A DNA stretch of 64,000 nt, from assembly GCA_963699135.1 (NCBI GenBank), contig OY969415.1, positions 3,833,577-3,897,576 of the forward strand. The letters run 5' to 3'. Below are positions 48,207 to 57,532 of the stretch, in pieces. This stretch comes from an uncultured Armatimonadetes bacterium (GTDB taxonomy: Bacteria; Armatimonadota; Hebobacteria; Hebobacterales; Hebobacteraceae). Under the pieces are notes generated by a model. That model saw only the letters and a list, made by a program, of their open reading frames with translations, ran no database searches and was not told where the DNA came from. Positions within the stretch are counted from its first letter, which is position 1; the number at the start of each line of letters is the position of its first letter. The position numbers were made by a program, and so were the translations under genes.

Positions 48207-48968
48207 TCAGACGCCGAGGACTTTGAGGTAGTCGCGGCTGATGCGGCAGGATTCGGTGGGGTCGAGCTTGGTGGTGTCTTGCTCGACGACGATCCATTCG
48301 GGGTTGCAGGCGCGGGCGACTCCGAGGGCGGCAGGGAGGTCGACGGCCCCGCGGCCCAGCTCACGGAAGTCGTCGGCGCCGTCGCCACCAGTGCCATCTT
48401 TGAAGTGGAAGTAAAGGCAGCGGTCGCGATAGCAGTCGATGAACTCGGCCGGCTTCTCGCCACCGGCGTGCACCCAGTAGACGTCGGTGCAGAGCTTGAC
48501 CAGCTCAGGATCGGTGGCGGCGAGCATGGTGTAGAAGGGCGTGGCGCCGTCGATCTTGCGGAATTCCCAATGGTGGTTGTGATAGCAGAGGGTGACACCG
48601 GCATCACGGCAGGCGCGGCCGGCGTCGTTGAGGACCCGGGCTACCGCGAGGTAATCGTCAATGGACTTGAGGGAGCTGTCGCCGGAGCTGATGACGAAGC
48701 GGCCGCCGAGCGCCTTGACGAGGGGAATGCGTTTCTTCAGCCCCTCCAGGTCTCTGAGATCATTGAGGCCGCCGTGGCCGCCGGCATAGGCGAGGCCGGC
48801 CTTCTTGGCGGCCGCCTGAACATTGTCAACCTCGGCCTGACTTGAGGGGATCCCGCCCTCGAAGCCGTCATAGCCGGCCGCGGCGACGCCGGCGAGGACG
48901 CCGGGAAGGTCGCTCTGCGCACGGCGTCCGTAGATGATGAGTTGGACCCCGACCTGCATCTTTGCCAT
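48207..48968 (-). CDS. Sugar phosphate isomerase/epimerase (xylose-isomerase-like TIM barrel)
   Basis: 253 aa. ...YDGFEG..., HNHHWEF, and ...VEQD... are TIM-barrel metal-ligand motifs of the AP endonuclease 2 / xylose isomerase-like fold. Confidence 0.75.
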   Translation of the reverse strand: MAKMQVGVQLIIYGRRAQSDLPGVLAGVAAAGYDGFEGGIPSSQAEVDNVQAAAKKAGLAYAGGHGGLNDLRDLEGLKKRIPLVKALGGRFVISSGDSSLKSIDDYLAVARVLNDAGRACRDAGVTLCYHNHHWEFRKIDGATPFYTMLAATDPELVKLCTDVYWVHAGGEKPAEFIDCYRDRCLYFHFKDGTGGDGADDFRELGRGAVDLPAALGVARACNPEWIVVEQDTTKLDPTESCRISRDYLKVLGV

Positions 48969-49370
48969 CTCAGTCCCTCCATGTCGCGATATTCGGTCGC
49001 GTTCGCCTGGTTGCTTCTTCGGCGGGGCGGGAAACGCCTGCGGGTGCAGAGGAAGCGTTTCCAGGCGGTCAGGGCTACGCGGGGCGGCAGGTCCAGCAGG
49101 GGCGGCGGACTCCCAAACCAGGGCGTTTTGTGGAATAGGACCACCGGTTGCACCAAGGAAGCCCCGGGCGCGCGGCTCGGCTTCTCGGACGGCGGCAACG
49201 CAGCGGTTTGCGATGCGGGAAGTCCCGAAAGGGGCACGCCGACGAGAGGGCGAGTTCTGCGTGGGAAGCTCGGGGAGCGCGGGAAGGTCGGCGCAGACGG
49301 AATAGAGTGGTTCCGCGGAGCACGATTCTGCGCGTCTCCTTCCCTCACGGAAACGGCGGAGGTATCGGCA

Positions 49371-50267
49371 ATGGAGAGCAGTCGAATCGACGGGACGGCC
49401 CTGGCGCCCTATGGGAACACGTCAGTGATCGCGTTCGTGAACGAGAAGGGCGGGGTAGCCAAGACCACTTCCTGCGTGAACCTGGCGGCGGCTTTGGCAC
49501 AGCGTAACCAGCGAGTACTCTGCATCGACCTCGACCCACAGGCGAACGCGACGACGGCCTTCGGCATAGCCGCCGACCAGGCCATTTCCCGGGAGGCGCA
49601 CTGCCTGCTGACGATGCCTCGCTTCCCACTGGAGCGCGCCATCGTCTCGACACAGATCGAAGGACTCGACCTGATTCCTTCGAGCGCGCGGCTGGCCGAC
49701 TGCGATAAGACGCTGGTGATGGAAGTGGGCCGAGAGGGAAGGCTGCGGGGGAAGCTCCGTGACTTCTACCGGAGCGTGCTCACGGATAAGTATGACGCGG
49801 TGCTAATCGACTGTCCGCCGTCGCTGGACATGCTGACCATCAACGCGCTGACCGCGGCGACGCATATGATCGTGCCGGTGACGACGAAGTTCTACGCGCT
49901 GAAGGGAATGGCGCTGCTGGGAGACCTGGTGGCGACTCTGCACGAGCAGATCGGCGCCTCGGTGAAGCTGCTGGGCATTCTGATCACGATGTTCGACAAG
50001 AAGACGGCGCTCGACCTCACCATCTATCGTCTGCTGAAGGAGAAGGTCGAGAGCGAGTATGGAGATTACCTGTTCTCGACCATCATCTCGAAGAGCGTGG
50101 TGGTGAGCGAAGCGGAGGCCGGCGGGCTGCCGGTGCTGATGCGGGAGCCCGAGTCGCGAGCAGCGACGGCCTACCACGAGCTGGCGGCGGAGATGCTCGA
50201 CCGGCTTCGGTTCAGCGTTCCCGGACTGGTCGGATCGGCCCCCGGGCATATGATGGCGCAGGTCTAG
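49371..50267 (+). CDS. ParA/MinD-family ATPase (Soj-like)
   Basis: IAFVNEKGGVAKTTSCVNLAAAL (deviant Walker A KGGxxKT) and DAVLIDCPPSLD (Walker B). Confidence 0.85.
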   Translation: MESSRIDGTALAPYGNTSVIAFVNEKGGVAKTTSCVNLAAALAQRNQRVLCIDLDPQANATTAFGIAADQAISREAHCLLTMPRFPLERAIVSTQIEGLDLIPSSARLADCDKTLVMEVGREGRLRGKLRDFYRSVLTDKYDAVLIDCPPSLDMLTINALTAATHMIVPVTTKFYALKGMALLGDLVATLHEQIGASVKLLGILITMFDKKTALDLTIYRLLKEKVESEYGDYLFSTIISKSVVVSEAEAGGLPVLMREPESRAATAYHELAAEMLDRLRFSVPGLVGSAPGHMMAQV

Positions 50268-50291
50268 TAGCCCGAGGAGGGAGAATTGGCA

Positions 50292-51515
50292 ATGACTACG
50301 ATAGGCGATTCGAAGCTGACAGAGGCCTCGCCGTTCTCAGGTGAAGATTGCTCAGCGCTGATTACGGTGAGCACCCCTGACTGCGAGACCCCGATTTGCC
50401 GCCTCGGCGGCGCCAGGGACATCCTCGGCGATCTGACCGTGCGTCAGCTTATCGAGCGAGTGGTTAGCCCTAATTCGCTTCTTTCGGTGCAAGTGCCGAT
50501 GACGCAGTTGGAGGCCGAGACGCCGACGGCGATGGCGATCAGTGAGTTGCTGACGGCGGGGTGCGAGGTCATCCTCGAAGGCGATGGCAGCGCGCCGGTT
50601 CCGCTGGACCAGCCCGCGGCGGCGATCACCGAGGCGCAAGTGGGCGCGCAGGGCAGCTCGTTCGTTAGTATCAGCCTGGAAGTGCGAGCGGCAAGCGACG
50701 GCGTGGACGCCGCACACGAGCGAAGGCAGGTCTCTGTCCCGGAGGTGGTTGAGGTGGAGGCGCCCGCGGCGCAGGTGCAGATGGCCGAAGAGGCGCCCGC
50801 CGGCAACCAAGGACAGGTCTCGGATCCCGAGGTGGCAGAAGTGGCCCCCGTCTCGGCCGCCCAGTCCGAGGAGACGCCCCCGGCGGAGCCGATGCCGGTG
50901 GAGAAGATCGAGGAGCTGTTCGCGGAGGTGTTGGCGGAGCCAGAGGAAGAGGTGGCTCCCGCGCCAGTGGCCGAAGTGAACCTGGCCCCCATGGCCCCCG
51001 CCTCGAACATCGTCGCGATCGTGGCTGAGACGCCGGCAAGGCAGCCTCGATCGACGGGGAACTCGGACACCCGCAAGGAGTACATCCGCAAGAGCGACTG
51101 GCTGCGAGCACAGTTCTTGCCAGAGGTGCAGGCGCTGGACTTCAGCGGGCTCTTCGTCGGCAACCTGGGCATGGGCGTACGGGAGGAGCAGGCGCGGCGG
51201 ACGGTGGTGTTGGCGGATCCTTCCCGCATCACCGAAGTGCTGCTGCGCGGCAACAGCTACCGGCGCACCGGCGATCACGCCAGGGCCCTGATCTGCTATC
51301 AGGAGCTGGTGGACATGGATTCGAGCAACGCCGACTTCCGGTTCCTGCTGGGCAAGACGCTGATCGAACTCGGTCAGTACGAGCAGGGGATCGAGGCGCT
51401 CAATCGGGCGAAGGAACTCGGGCACGAGGGAGCGCGCAAAGAGCTGGAGACGGTGAAGACATCCATACCAAAGGCGCGGAACCCGCTGGGCTTCCTCAAG
51501 TTCTGGAAACAATAA
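50292..51515 (+). CDS. Hypothetical protein with an acidic Pro/Ala/Glu-rich linker and a C-terminal TPR-like domain; probable ParA partner
   Basis: It lies 25 bp downstream of parA, with RBS GAGGAGGGAGAA. The C-terminus ...ALICYQELVDMDSSNADFRFLLGKTLIELGQYEQGIEALNRAKELG is TPR-like. A terminator follows. Confidence 0.55.
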   Translation: MTTIGDSKLTEASPFSGEDCSALITVSTPDCETPICRLGGARDILGDLTVRQLIERVVSPNSLLSVQVPMTQLEAETPTAMAISELLTAGCEVILEGDGSAPVPLDQPAAAITEAQVGAQGSSFVSISLEVRAASDGVDAAHERRQVSVPEVVEVEAPAAQVQMAEEAPAGNQGQVSDPEVAEVAPVSAAQSEETPPAEPMPVEKIEELFAEVLAEPEEEVAPAPVAEVNLAPMAPASNIVAIVAETPARQPRSTGNSDTRKEYIRKSDWLRAQFLPEVQALDFSGLFVGNLGMGVREEQARRTVVLADPSRITEVLLRGNSYRRTGDHARALICYQELVDMDSSNADFRFLLGKTLIELGQYEQGIEALNRAKELGHEGARKELETVKTSIPKARNPLGFLKFWKQ

Positions 51516-51548
51516 CGGCTTCAGGCCGTTCCTCAATAAAGCCCTCGA

Positions 51549-51590
51549 ACCAGAGATGGTTCGGGGGCTTTCGTTTTGGCCGAGGGAGGG
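51549..51590 (+). terminator. Rho-independent terminator after the parA operon
   Basis: AGCCCTCGAACC-AGAGAT-GGTTCGGGGGCT followed by TTCGTTTTGG. Confidence 0.5.
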
Positions 51591-51617
51591 ACAGCAGCGG
51601 AAGCGAATACAGGCCAC

Positions 51618-52310
51618 ATGCAGAACGACGCGGCGCTGGTACTGTTCGCGCGCGGACCTTCGCCCGGCGCGACGAAGACGCGCCTGATCCCGGCGCTCGG
51701 CGCGGAGGGAGCGGCGGAGCTGTACCGGTGCTTCCTGCTCGACACGCTGGCGTCGGTCTCGCAGGTCCCGGCGGCGATGGTGGTGGCGGCGTCCGACCCG
51801 GATCAGATGGAAGCGGTGCGAGCGCTGGCGGCCGAGGGGTGCCCGCGAGCAGTGGTGACGGCGCAGTCCGGCGGTGACCTGGGAGCGCGGATGGCGCACG
51901 CGTTTCGGGAGGCATTCGCGCAGGGCTATCGGCGGGTGGTGATCCTGGGGACGGACCTACCGAGCTTGCCGCCGGAGCGGGTGGGGCAGGCGCTGGAGTT
52001 GCTGCGGGATCGGCGGCTGGTGCTGGGCCCATGTACTGACGGCGGCTACTACCTGATCGGGCTGAGCGCGCTGCTGCCTCAACTCTTCGAGGGGATAGGG
52101 TGGGGGGGCGACGCCGTGCTGGCGGACACGCAGCGCCGGGCGGAGTCGCTGGGGGTATCGGTCGCGCGGCTCGACCCCTGGTCGGATGTCGATACACCGC
52201 AGGACTTGGAGGCGCTGCGGGCGGATCTCGACGCGCGGTCGCGAGCCGGGGAACCGATCCCGTGCCCGCACACCTGGCGGTATCTGTGCCAGGAGATGAG
52301 GGGCCAGTAG
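51618..52310 (+). CDS. DUF2064-family protein (TIGR04282-like 'transferase 1' of the rSAM/selenodomain-associated pair; assignment from memory)
   Basis: ALVLFARGPSPGATKTRL...VILGTDLPSLP...GPCTDGGYYLIG...PWSDVDTPQDL are conserved DUF2064 motifs. The stop abuts the next start (TAGATG). Confidence 0.65.
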   Translation: MQNDAALVLFARGPSPGATKTRLIPALGAEGAAELYRCFLLDTLASVSQVPAAMVVAASDPDQMEAVRALAAEGCPRAVVTAQSGGDLGARMAHAFREAFAQGYRRVVILGTDLPSLPPERVGQALELLRDRRLVLGPCTDGGYYLIGLSALLPQLFEGIGWGGDAVLADTQRRAESLGVSVARLDPWSDVDTPQDLEALRADLDARSRAGEPIPCPHTWRYLCQEMRGQ

Positions 52311-53006
52311 ATGGGACCAAGCCCGCGCATCGCCGTCATCATCCCCGCGCTAAACGAGGAGCAGTCTATCGGCCGGGTGATCCAAGCGATCCCGGCGGAG
52401 TTGGACTGCGACATCGTGGTGGTGGATAACGGATCGAGCGATGGGACGGCGCGGGTGGCGGTGGAGCACGGAGGGCGGGTGGTGGGGGAGTCCGAGAGGG
52501 GCTATGGGGCGGCGTGTCTGGCCGGACTGGCGGCGCTGCGCGACCCGGAGGTGGTGGCGTTTCTGGACGCGGACTTCAGCGACGATCCGGCGCTACTGGG
52601 GGCGCTGGTTTCCCCGATTCTCGACGGGCAGACCGACTTCGTGATCGGCTCGCGGATGCTGGGGAAGCGGGAGCCGGGAGCGATGCCATTCCACACTGTC
52701 TTCGGGAACTGGCTAGCCGGGCGGATACTGACACACCTCTATCGCCAACCAGCAACGGACCTGGGGCCATTCCGGGCGGTTCGATACTCGGAGTTGCTGC
52801 GCCTGGGGATGCGCGACCGCGGATACGGGTGGACGATAGAGATGCAGGCGAAGGCGGCGCGGCTGGGGCTGAGGACAATCGAGGTCGCGGTTCCCTATCG
52901 GAAGCGGGTGGGGCGGTCGAAGATCAGTGGGTCGCTGGTGCCGTCGGTGAAGGCGGCAGTGGTGATCCTGAGCACGGCGTTTCGACTGCTGAGGTGGAGA
53001 GGCTAG
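52311..53006 (+). CDS. Glycosyltransferase family 2 (TIGR04283-like 'transferase 2'; partner of the DUF2064 protein)
   Basis: IAVIIPALNEEQSI...IVVVDNGSSDGT...FLDADFSDDP...FGNWLAGR, a DPM1-like GT2. Confidence 0.75.
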   Translation: MGPSPRIAVIIPALNEEQSIGRVIQAIPAELDCDIVVVDNGSSDGTARVAVEHGGRVVGESERGYGAACLAGLAALRDPEVVAFLDADFSDDPALLGALVSPILDGQTDFVIGSRMLGKREPGAMPFHTVFGNWLAGRILTHLYRQPATDLGPFRAVRYSELLRLGMRDRGYGWTIEMQAKAARLGLRTIEVAVPYRKRVGRSKISGSLVPSVKAAVVILSTAFRLLRWRG

Positions 53007-53102
53007 GGAGGGCTGTGTCGCGAGAAGTCTGCACTCGGCCGCGGCGGGCGACAGGGGTAGGCGCGGGAGCCACCTAACCTGGAGCGAGCAGGAGGTGGGG
53101 GC

Positions 53103-54185
53103 ATGCAGCAGGAGCGGTGTCTCGCGCGCCCGCGTCTCCACCAGGCGCGGTTCGATGTGCTCTCAGGCGGAAGGCTGTTGGTCGTCGTCGCATTGGTGGT
53201 GCTGTTCGGGGGGCGCAAGCTGGCGGAACTGACCCATCATCCGCTTCCCCCAGGGCTGGATGAGTTCACCGGACTGGCCATCTGGTGGATCTACTGGGGC
53301 AGCGTGGTCGGGTTCGGCCTGGTGGTGATGGCGCGGTGGCGGAATACCTACTTCCGGTGGCGGACCGTCAGCGCGATGGTGAGCCAGACGCTGTTTGGCA
53401 TCCTCCTGGGGGGCCCACTCGCGCCGGGGCTGCACGTGCCGGATTTCGCGCGCCGCTTGCACCTGACGTGGCCGCTTCACATGGGCGTGATCACACCATA
53501 CGCGCGGGAGCACGATCCACCGGCCTTCGTGTACGGGATCATCATCTCCCTCATCGCCTGGCCTGTCATCACGAGCTTCCTGGGGATGCGCTACTGCTCT
53601 TGGTTCTGCGCGTGCGGGAACCTGGCCGAGACGATGGGGGATGTGTACCGCGTGCGCGGGCCGAAGGGGCCGGCGCGCCAGTCGCTGGATAACATGGGCT
53701 ATGGCGTGCTGGCGCTGGCGGCGGTGGCGACGGCGCTGTTGTGGGTGCGGGTCGATGGCGGGTTCCGGTGGTACGACCTGGTGATCGCGTTCCTGATCGC
53801 GGACATCATCGGGATTGGCGCCTACCCGATACTCGGGAGTCGGGTGTGGTGCCGATTTTTCTGCCCGCTGCGGGCAACGCTGGGGTGGTTCTCGCGGCGG
53901 GGGCGGTTCGCCATCTACACCAGCCGGCAGAGGTGCATCGAGTGTGGGACCTGCAACCGGTACTGTGAGATGGGGATCGATATCCGGAGGAGGGCGAGGC
54001 AGGGGATTCCGCTGCGGGACACGGAGTGCGTGGCGTGCGGCGCGTGCATCGCGGTGTGCCCGCGATACGCGCTGAGCTTCCACCCATTCCCGTCGGCGGA
54101 GGAGGCGGTGAGGGCGAGGAACGCGCGGCGGTTTCGGGTGCGGTTCAAGCGGCAACTGGCGACGCCGCGGGAGGGGAGAGGATGA
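53103..54185 (+). CDS. Integral-membrane 4Fe-4S ferredoxin-type protein (NapH/MauN-like)
   Basis: Several TM helices, then CSWFCACGNL, CRFFCPLRA, CIECGTCNRYC and CVACGACIAVCP (iron-sulfur cluster motifs). Confidence 0.7.
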   Translation: MQQERCLARPRLHQARFDVLSGGRLLVVVALVVLFGGRKLAELTHHPLPPGLDEFTGLAIWWIYWGSVVGFGLVVMARWRNTYFRWRTVSAMVSQTLFGILLGGPLAPGLHVPDFARRLHLTWPLHMGVITPYAREHDPPAFVYGIIISLIAWPVITSFLGMRYCSWFCACGNLAETMGDVYRVRGPKGPARQSLDNMGYGVLALAAVATALLWVRVDGGFRWYDLVIAFLIADIIGIGAYPILGSRVWCRFFCPLRATLGWFSRRGRFAIYTSRQRCIECGTCNRYCEMGIDIRRRARQGIPLRDTECVACGACIAVCPRYALSFHPFPSAEEAVRARNARRFRVRFKRQLATPREGRG

Positions 54186-55410
54186 CGCCATACGTGATCA
54201 TTGGGAACGGCGTGGCGGCAGTGACGGCCGCGGAGGCGATCCGAGAGCGAGGGGATACGACACCGATCGTGGTCCTAACCGATCAGGAGTGCGCTTTCTA
54301 TTCTCGGCCATGCCTCTACTACATCATGTTGGGGCGGATCGAGTGGGGGGACGCGTGGGGGAGGCCGGATGATTTCTACTCGCGCAGCGGCATCGAACTC
54401 AGATGCAGCACTCACGTCACCGGGATCGACCCGGTGGGTCACACGGTGGAGGTGGAGGGGCAGGGCAAGCTACCGTACTCGCGTCTGCTGGTGGCGGCGG
54501 GGACGCGGGGGCGGATGCCGCCGTGGGCGCAGACGCCACTGCGCGGAGTGGTTGGCCTGAACACGCTGCTCGACGTGTCGGCAATGACCGACGCGGTGAG
54601 CAGCGGAGGCGGGGCGGTGGTGGTCGGGGGAGGCCTGACCTCGATCGAGATGGTGGAGGTGTGTCGGCGGTGGGGGATTCCGACGACCTTCATCATGCGG
54701 GGGGAGCGGTTCCTCGAATCGCAGCTCGACGGGGAGGAGGCGGAGATGATCCACCGGCGGCTGCGGGAGGCCGGGGTGGAGGTGGTGACGGGGGATGAGA
54801 TCGTGTCTCTGGAGGAGCGGGAGGGCCGCGTGTCGGGCGCGGCCACCAAGTCTGGACGGCGGATCGAGTGTGACATCGTAGGCTGTGCGGTGGGGGTGCT
54901 CCCGAACAAGGAACTGGTGGCGGAGGCGGGAGGGGAGGTGGCGGCGGGAGTGGTGGTGGACGATCAGATGCGGACGACGCTGCCGAACGTCTACGCGGCG
55001 GGGGATTGCGCGCAGGTGCGGCAGCCGGATGGCACGGTCGCGCCGCCGGAGATGCTGTGGTATGTGGCGGGCGATATGGGTCGGGTGGCGGGAGCGAACA
55101 TGGCCGGCGAAGGGGCGACGTACCGGCGTCGCGTGTTCCTGAATGTGTCCGAGTTCTGCGGGCTGGATTTCTGCGGGGTGGGAGAGATCCGACCCGGCCA
55201 AGCTGGGGTCGAAGAGACAAGGACTCGCGAGGCGAAGGGGAGCGCAGCGCGCGGCTGGTGACCCGCGAGGGGAGGCTGGTCGGCGCGTGCTTCGTGGGAG
55301 ACATCCGACTGTCGGATATCGCGTGGGGAGTGATTGAGAAGGGCGCGAGGATCGACGAGTTGCACTCGTCCCATCCATTCCGTTTGCTGGCGGAAAGGGG
55401 TTCGCCATGA
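54182..55410 (+). CDS. FAD-dependent pyridine nucleotide-disulfide oxidoreductase (NAD(P)H-dependent, nitrite-reductase/NADH-oxidase-like), one frameshift near 55200
   Basis: MTPYVIIGNGVAAVTAAEAI (FAD GxGxxA), AVVVGGGLTSIEM (NAD) and YAAGDCA. The C-terminal dimerisation domain ...GRLVGACFVGDIRLSDIAWGVIEKGARIDEL is in frame 55006..55410. The start overlaps the upstream stop, and the stop overlaps the next start (ATGA). Confidence 0.7.
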
Positions 55411-56231
55411 ATCCGCGTCACGTCGCTGCTGCTGGTGTCGCGCTCCTTGTGCTGGCGGCTCTCGCCGCTGGGGCCGGGCAAGCGCCGGAGGGCGGGGTGA
55501 GTGGTCACCCGGCCTGGGGAGCCTCCATTCATTGGAACTTCTATGAGACCATGCGCAAGAACGTGGTCGACGGGAGGCTCGACTACGGGAGGATGAAGCG
55601 AACGAGCAAGCCCGTGCTCGACAAGTACCTCCGGGATCTGGCGAAGGACGACCTGAAGGGCCCTTCGTGGAGGCCGTGGGACAGCAATGACAGGCTGGCG
55701 TTCTGGCTGAACGCGTACAACGCGTGCGTGATCTCGGGAATCATCGAGCGCTATCCGAGGATCAAGAGCGTGCAGGAGGTGAAGGGGTTCTTCGACGACA
55801 AGCGGTGGAAGGTGGCGGGGCAGGTGATGTCGCTGAACGAGATCGAGAAGAAGGTGCGCTCGTTCGGGGACCCGCGCATCCACTTCGTGTTGGTGTGCGG
55901 GGCGAAGAGTTGCCCGCCGCTGCGGCCGTACGCGATGATGGGCGATGAGCTGCAGGGGAAGCTGGAGGAGATCACGAGGAAGGTGGTCAATGACGAGCGG
56001 TACGTGCAGGTTGACGCGAAGTCGAAGCGGCTGCGGCTGACCCGCACCATGAGCTGGTATCAGCAGGATTTCGCGGACAAGTATGGGTCGCTGGAGAAGT
56101 TCCTGCTGCGCTATCTGAAGGAGCCGAAGCGCGCGGAGTTGGCAGCGGGGGGCTACACCACCGAATTCATGCCGTATGACTGGGCGCTGAACGACGCGAG
56201 CGGAGCCGCCACCAAAGGAACTGCGCGATGA
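55407..56231 (+). CDS. DUF547 domain-containing secreted protein
   Basis: Signal peptide MNPRHVAAAGVALLVLAALAAGAGQA. LAFWLNAYNACVISGII and HFVLVCGAKSCPPL are characteristic of DUF547. Confidence 0.7.
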   Translation: MNPRHVAAAGVALLVLAALAAGAGQAPEGGVSGHPAWGASIHWNFYETMRKNVVDGRLDYGRMKRTSKPVLDKYLRDLAKDDLKGPSWRPWDSNDRLAFWLNAYNACVISGIIERYPRIKSVQEVKGFFDDKRWKVAGQVMSLNEIEKKVRSFGDPRIHFVLVCGAKSCPPLRPYAMMGDELQGKLEEITRKVVNDERYVQVDAKSKRLRLTRTMSWYQQDFADKYGSLEKFLLRYLKEPKRAELAAGGYTTEFMPYDWALNDASGAATKGTAR

Positions 56232-57531
56232 GAAGAGCGTAGACCGGCAGATACCCGGCCCAGAGGAGGGTGTGGTGCACGGGGATGTTGCCGGGGTAGA
56301 GCCAGCGAATGTAGTATTGAAGCGAGAGGGTGAGGGTGAGGAGCAGCCATCCCGGGACGGACCACCAGCAGAGCAGGGGAGTGGTCCAGATGCCGTACCA
56401 GGGCATGGTGGGGGCGCCGAGGAGAAGCTGGGCGCAGATGGTGGTGAAGGTGGCGCCCATCAGCCACTCCAGGCCGGGCTGCTGACGCCAGACGAGCCAG
56501 GCGACGAGGGTGAGGAGGGCGATGGTCGTCAGGCCGCGGGCGATGGCGAAGTGGTACTCGGTGATCGGGGTCAGATGCCAGTTGATGAGGAAGAAGATGC
56601 TGCTGTTCGTCTCCCAATGGCCTATGAACTCGGAGAGGCCGGTGAAGAGGCGGCGGCCGATGCCGACGTAGGGCACGAGCAGGAGAAGGCAGGCGAGGCC
56701 GAACCAGGCCAGCGCTCTGACCCCACCGCGCTTGATGAAGAACGGCAGCGCGGGAAGCGCGAATCCCTTGGCCAGCACTGCTCCGGCAAAGGTGACGGCG
56801 GAGGCGGCGCGCACTTGGGAGTCGCGGCGGGCAGCGAACCAGAAGGCGAGCAGCAGCAGAAGCAACCCGAAGCAGTCCACATGCAGGCCGATGGCCGCTT
56901 CCGTGACCGGCAGGGGACACCAGGCATACCAGATGACGCGCTCGGGCGGGCGGCCGGTCTTGCGCAGCAGGGCGATGAGGAGCAGGACGCTCGCCAGATC
57001 GCAAGCCACGAAGACCCAGCGGAACAGCTCAGGGTCAGCGGGGTGGAGGCGGGCGATCCCGGCGAACAGCAACTCGGCCGACGGGGGGTAGATGGTCGGG
57101 ACTTCCTTGTGCCAGATCTGCTCCCAGCTCGCGTCTCGCAGGTGGCTTAGCTCGGGGGCGTTGGGGGGGTAGAGGTAGGGGTTGACGCCGGAGTTGCTGA
57201 CCCGGCCGTCCCAGAGGTAGCGCCAGTAGTCGGTGGTGAGGGGAAGGCGCGTTTCGAGGGCGACGATGCGGAGGCCGAGGGCGGCGACCACGATCCAGAC
57301 CAACCACCAGCGAGGCGCGTTCCTCACGCGCGCGACGATGAGCGCGGCGGGGAGATAGCAGAACCAGGCGAGCGCATAGGCGCGAACAAACGCGGACGCC
57401 CATTCGCCGTGGCCGGCAGTATGAAGGGCGGCGGCGGAGGCGAGGCCGAGGGCGATCAGCGCGAGGCCGGCCGCGAGCAGCGGCCAGCCTGCGCGGGCAC
57501 GCGAAGCAACACCCCCGGCCGCCGGCGACAT
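56167..57531 (-). CDS. DUF2029-family integral membrane protein (GT87/PMT-like polyprenol-sugar-dependent glycosyltransferase fold)
   Basis: 454 aa with about 12 TM helices. The N-terminal loop ...TTDYWRYLWDGR...GVNPYLYPP is typical of DUF2029 mannosyltransferase-like proteins. Convergent overlap with the DUF547 3' end. Confidence 0.6.
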   Translation of the reverse strand: MSPAAGGVASRARAGWPLLAAGLALIALGLASAAALHTAGHGEWASAFVRAYALAWFCYLPAALIVARVRNAPRWWLVWIVVAALGLRIVALETRLPLTTDYWRYLWDGRVSNSGVNPYLYPPNAPELSHLRDASWEQIWHKEVPTIYPPSAELLFAGIARLHPADPELFRWVFVACDLASVLLLIALLRKTGRPPERVIWYAWCPLPVTEAAIGLHVDCFGLLLLLLAFWFAARRDSQVRAASAVTFAGAVLAKGFALPALPFFIKRGGVRALAWFGLACLLLLVPYVGIGRRLFTGLSEFIGHWETNSSIFFLINWHLTPITEYHFAIARGLTTIALLTLVAWLVWRQQPGLEWLMGATFTTICAQLLLGAPTMPWYGIWTTPLLCWWSVPGWLLLTLTLSLQYYIRWLYPGNIPVHHTLLWAGYLPVYALLIAQFLWWRLRSRRSAPSHTA

Positions 57532-57532
57532 G

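Noticed and set aside
56272-57150. 292-aa plus-strand ORF
   Set aside because: Antisense to the DUF2029 membrane protein gene. Gly/Glu/Asp-rich low complexity.
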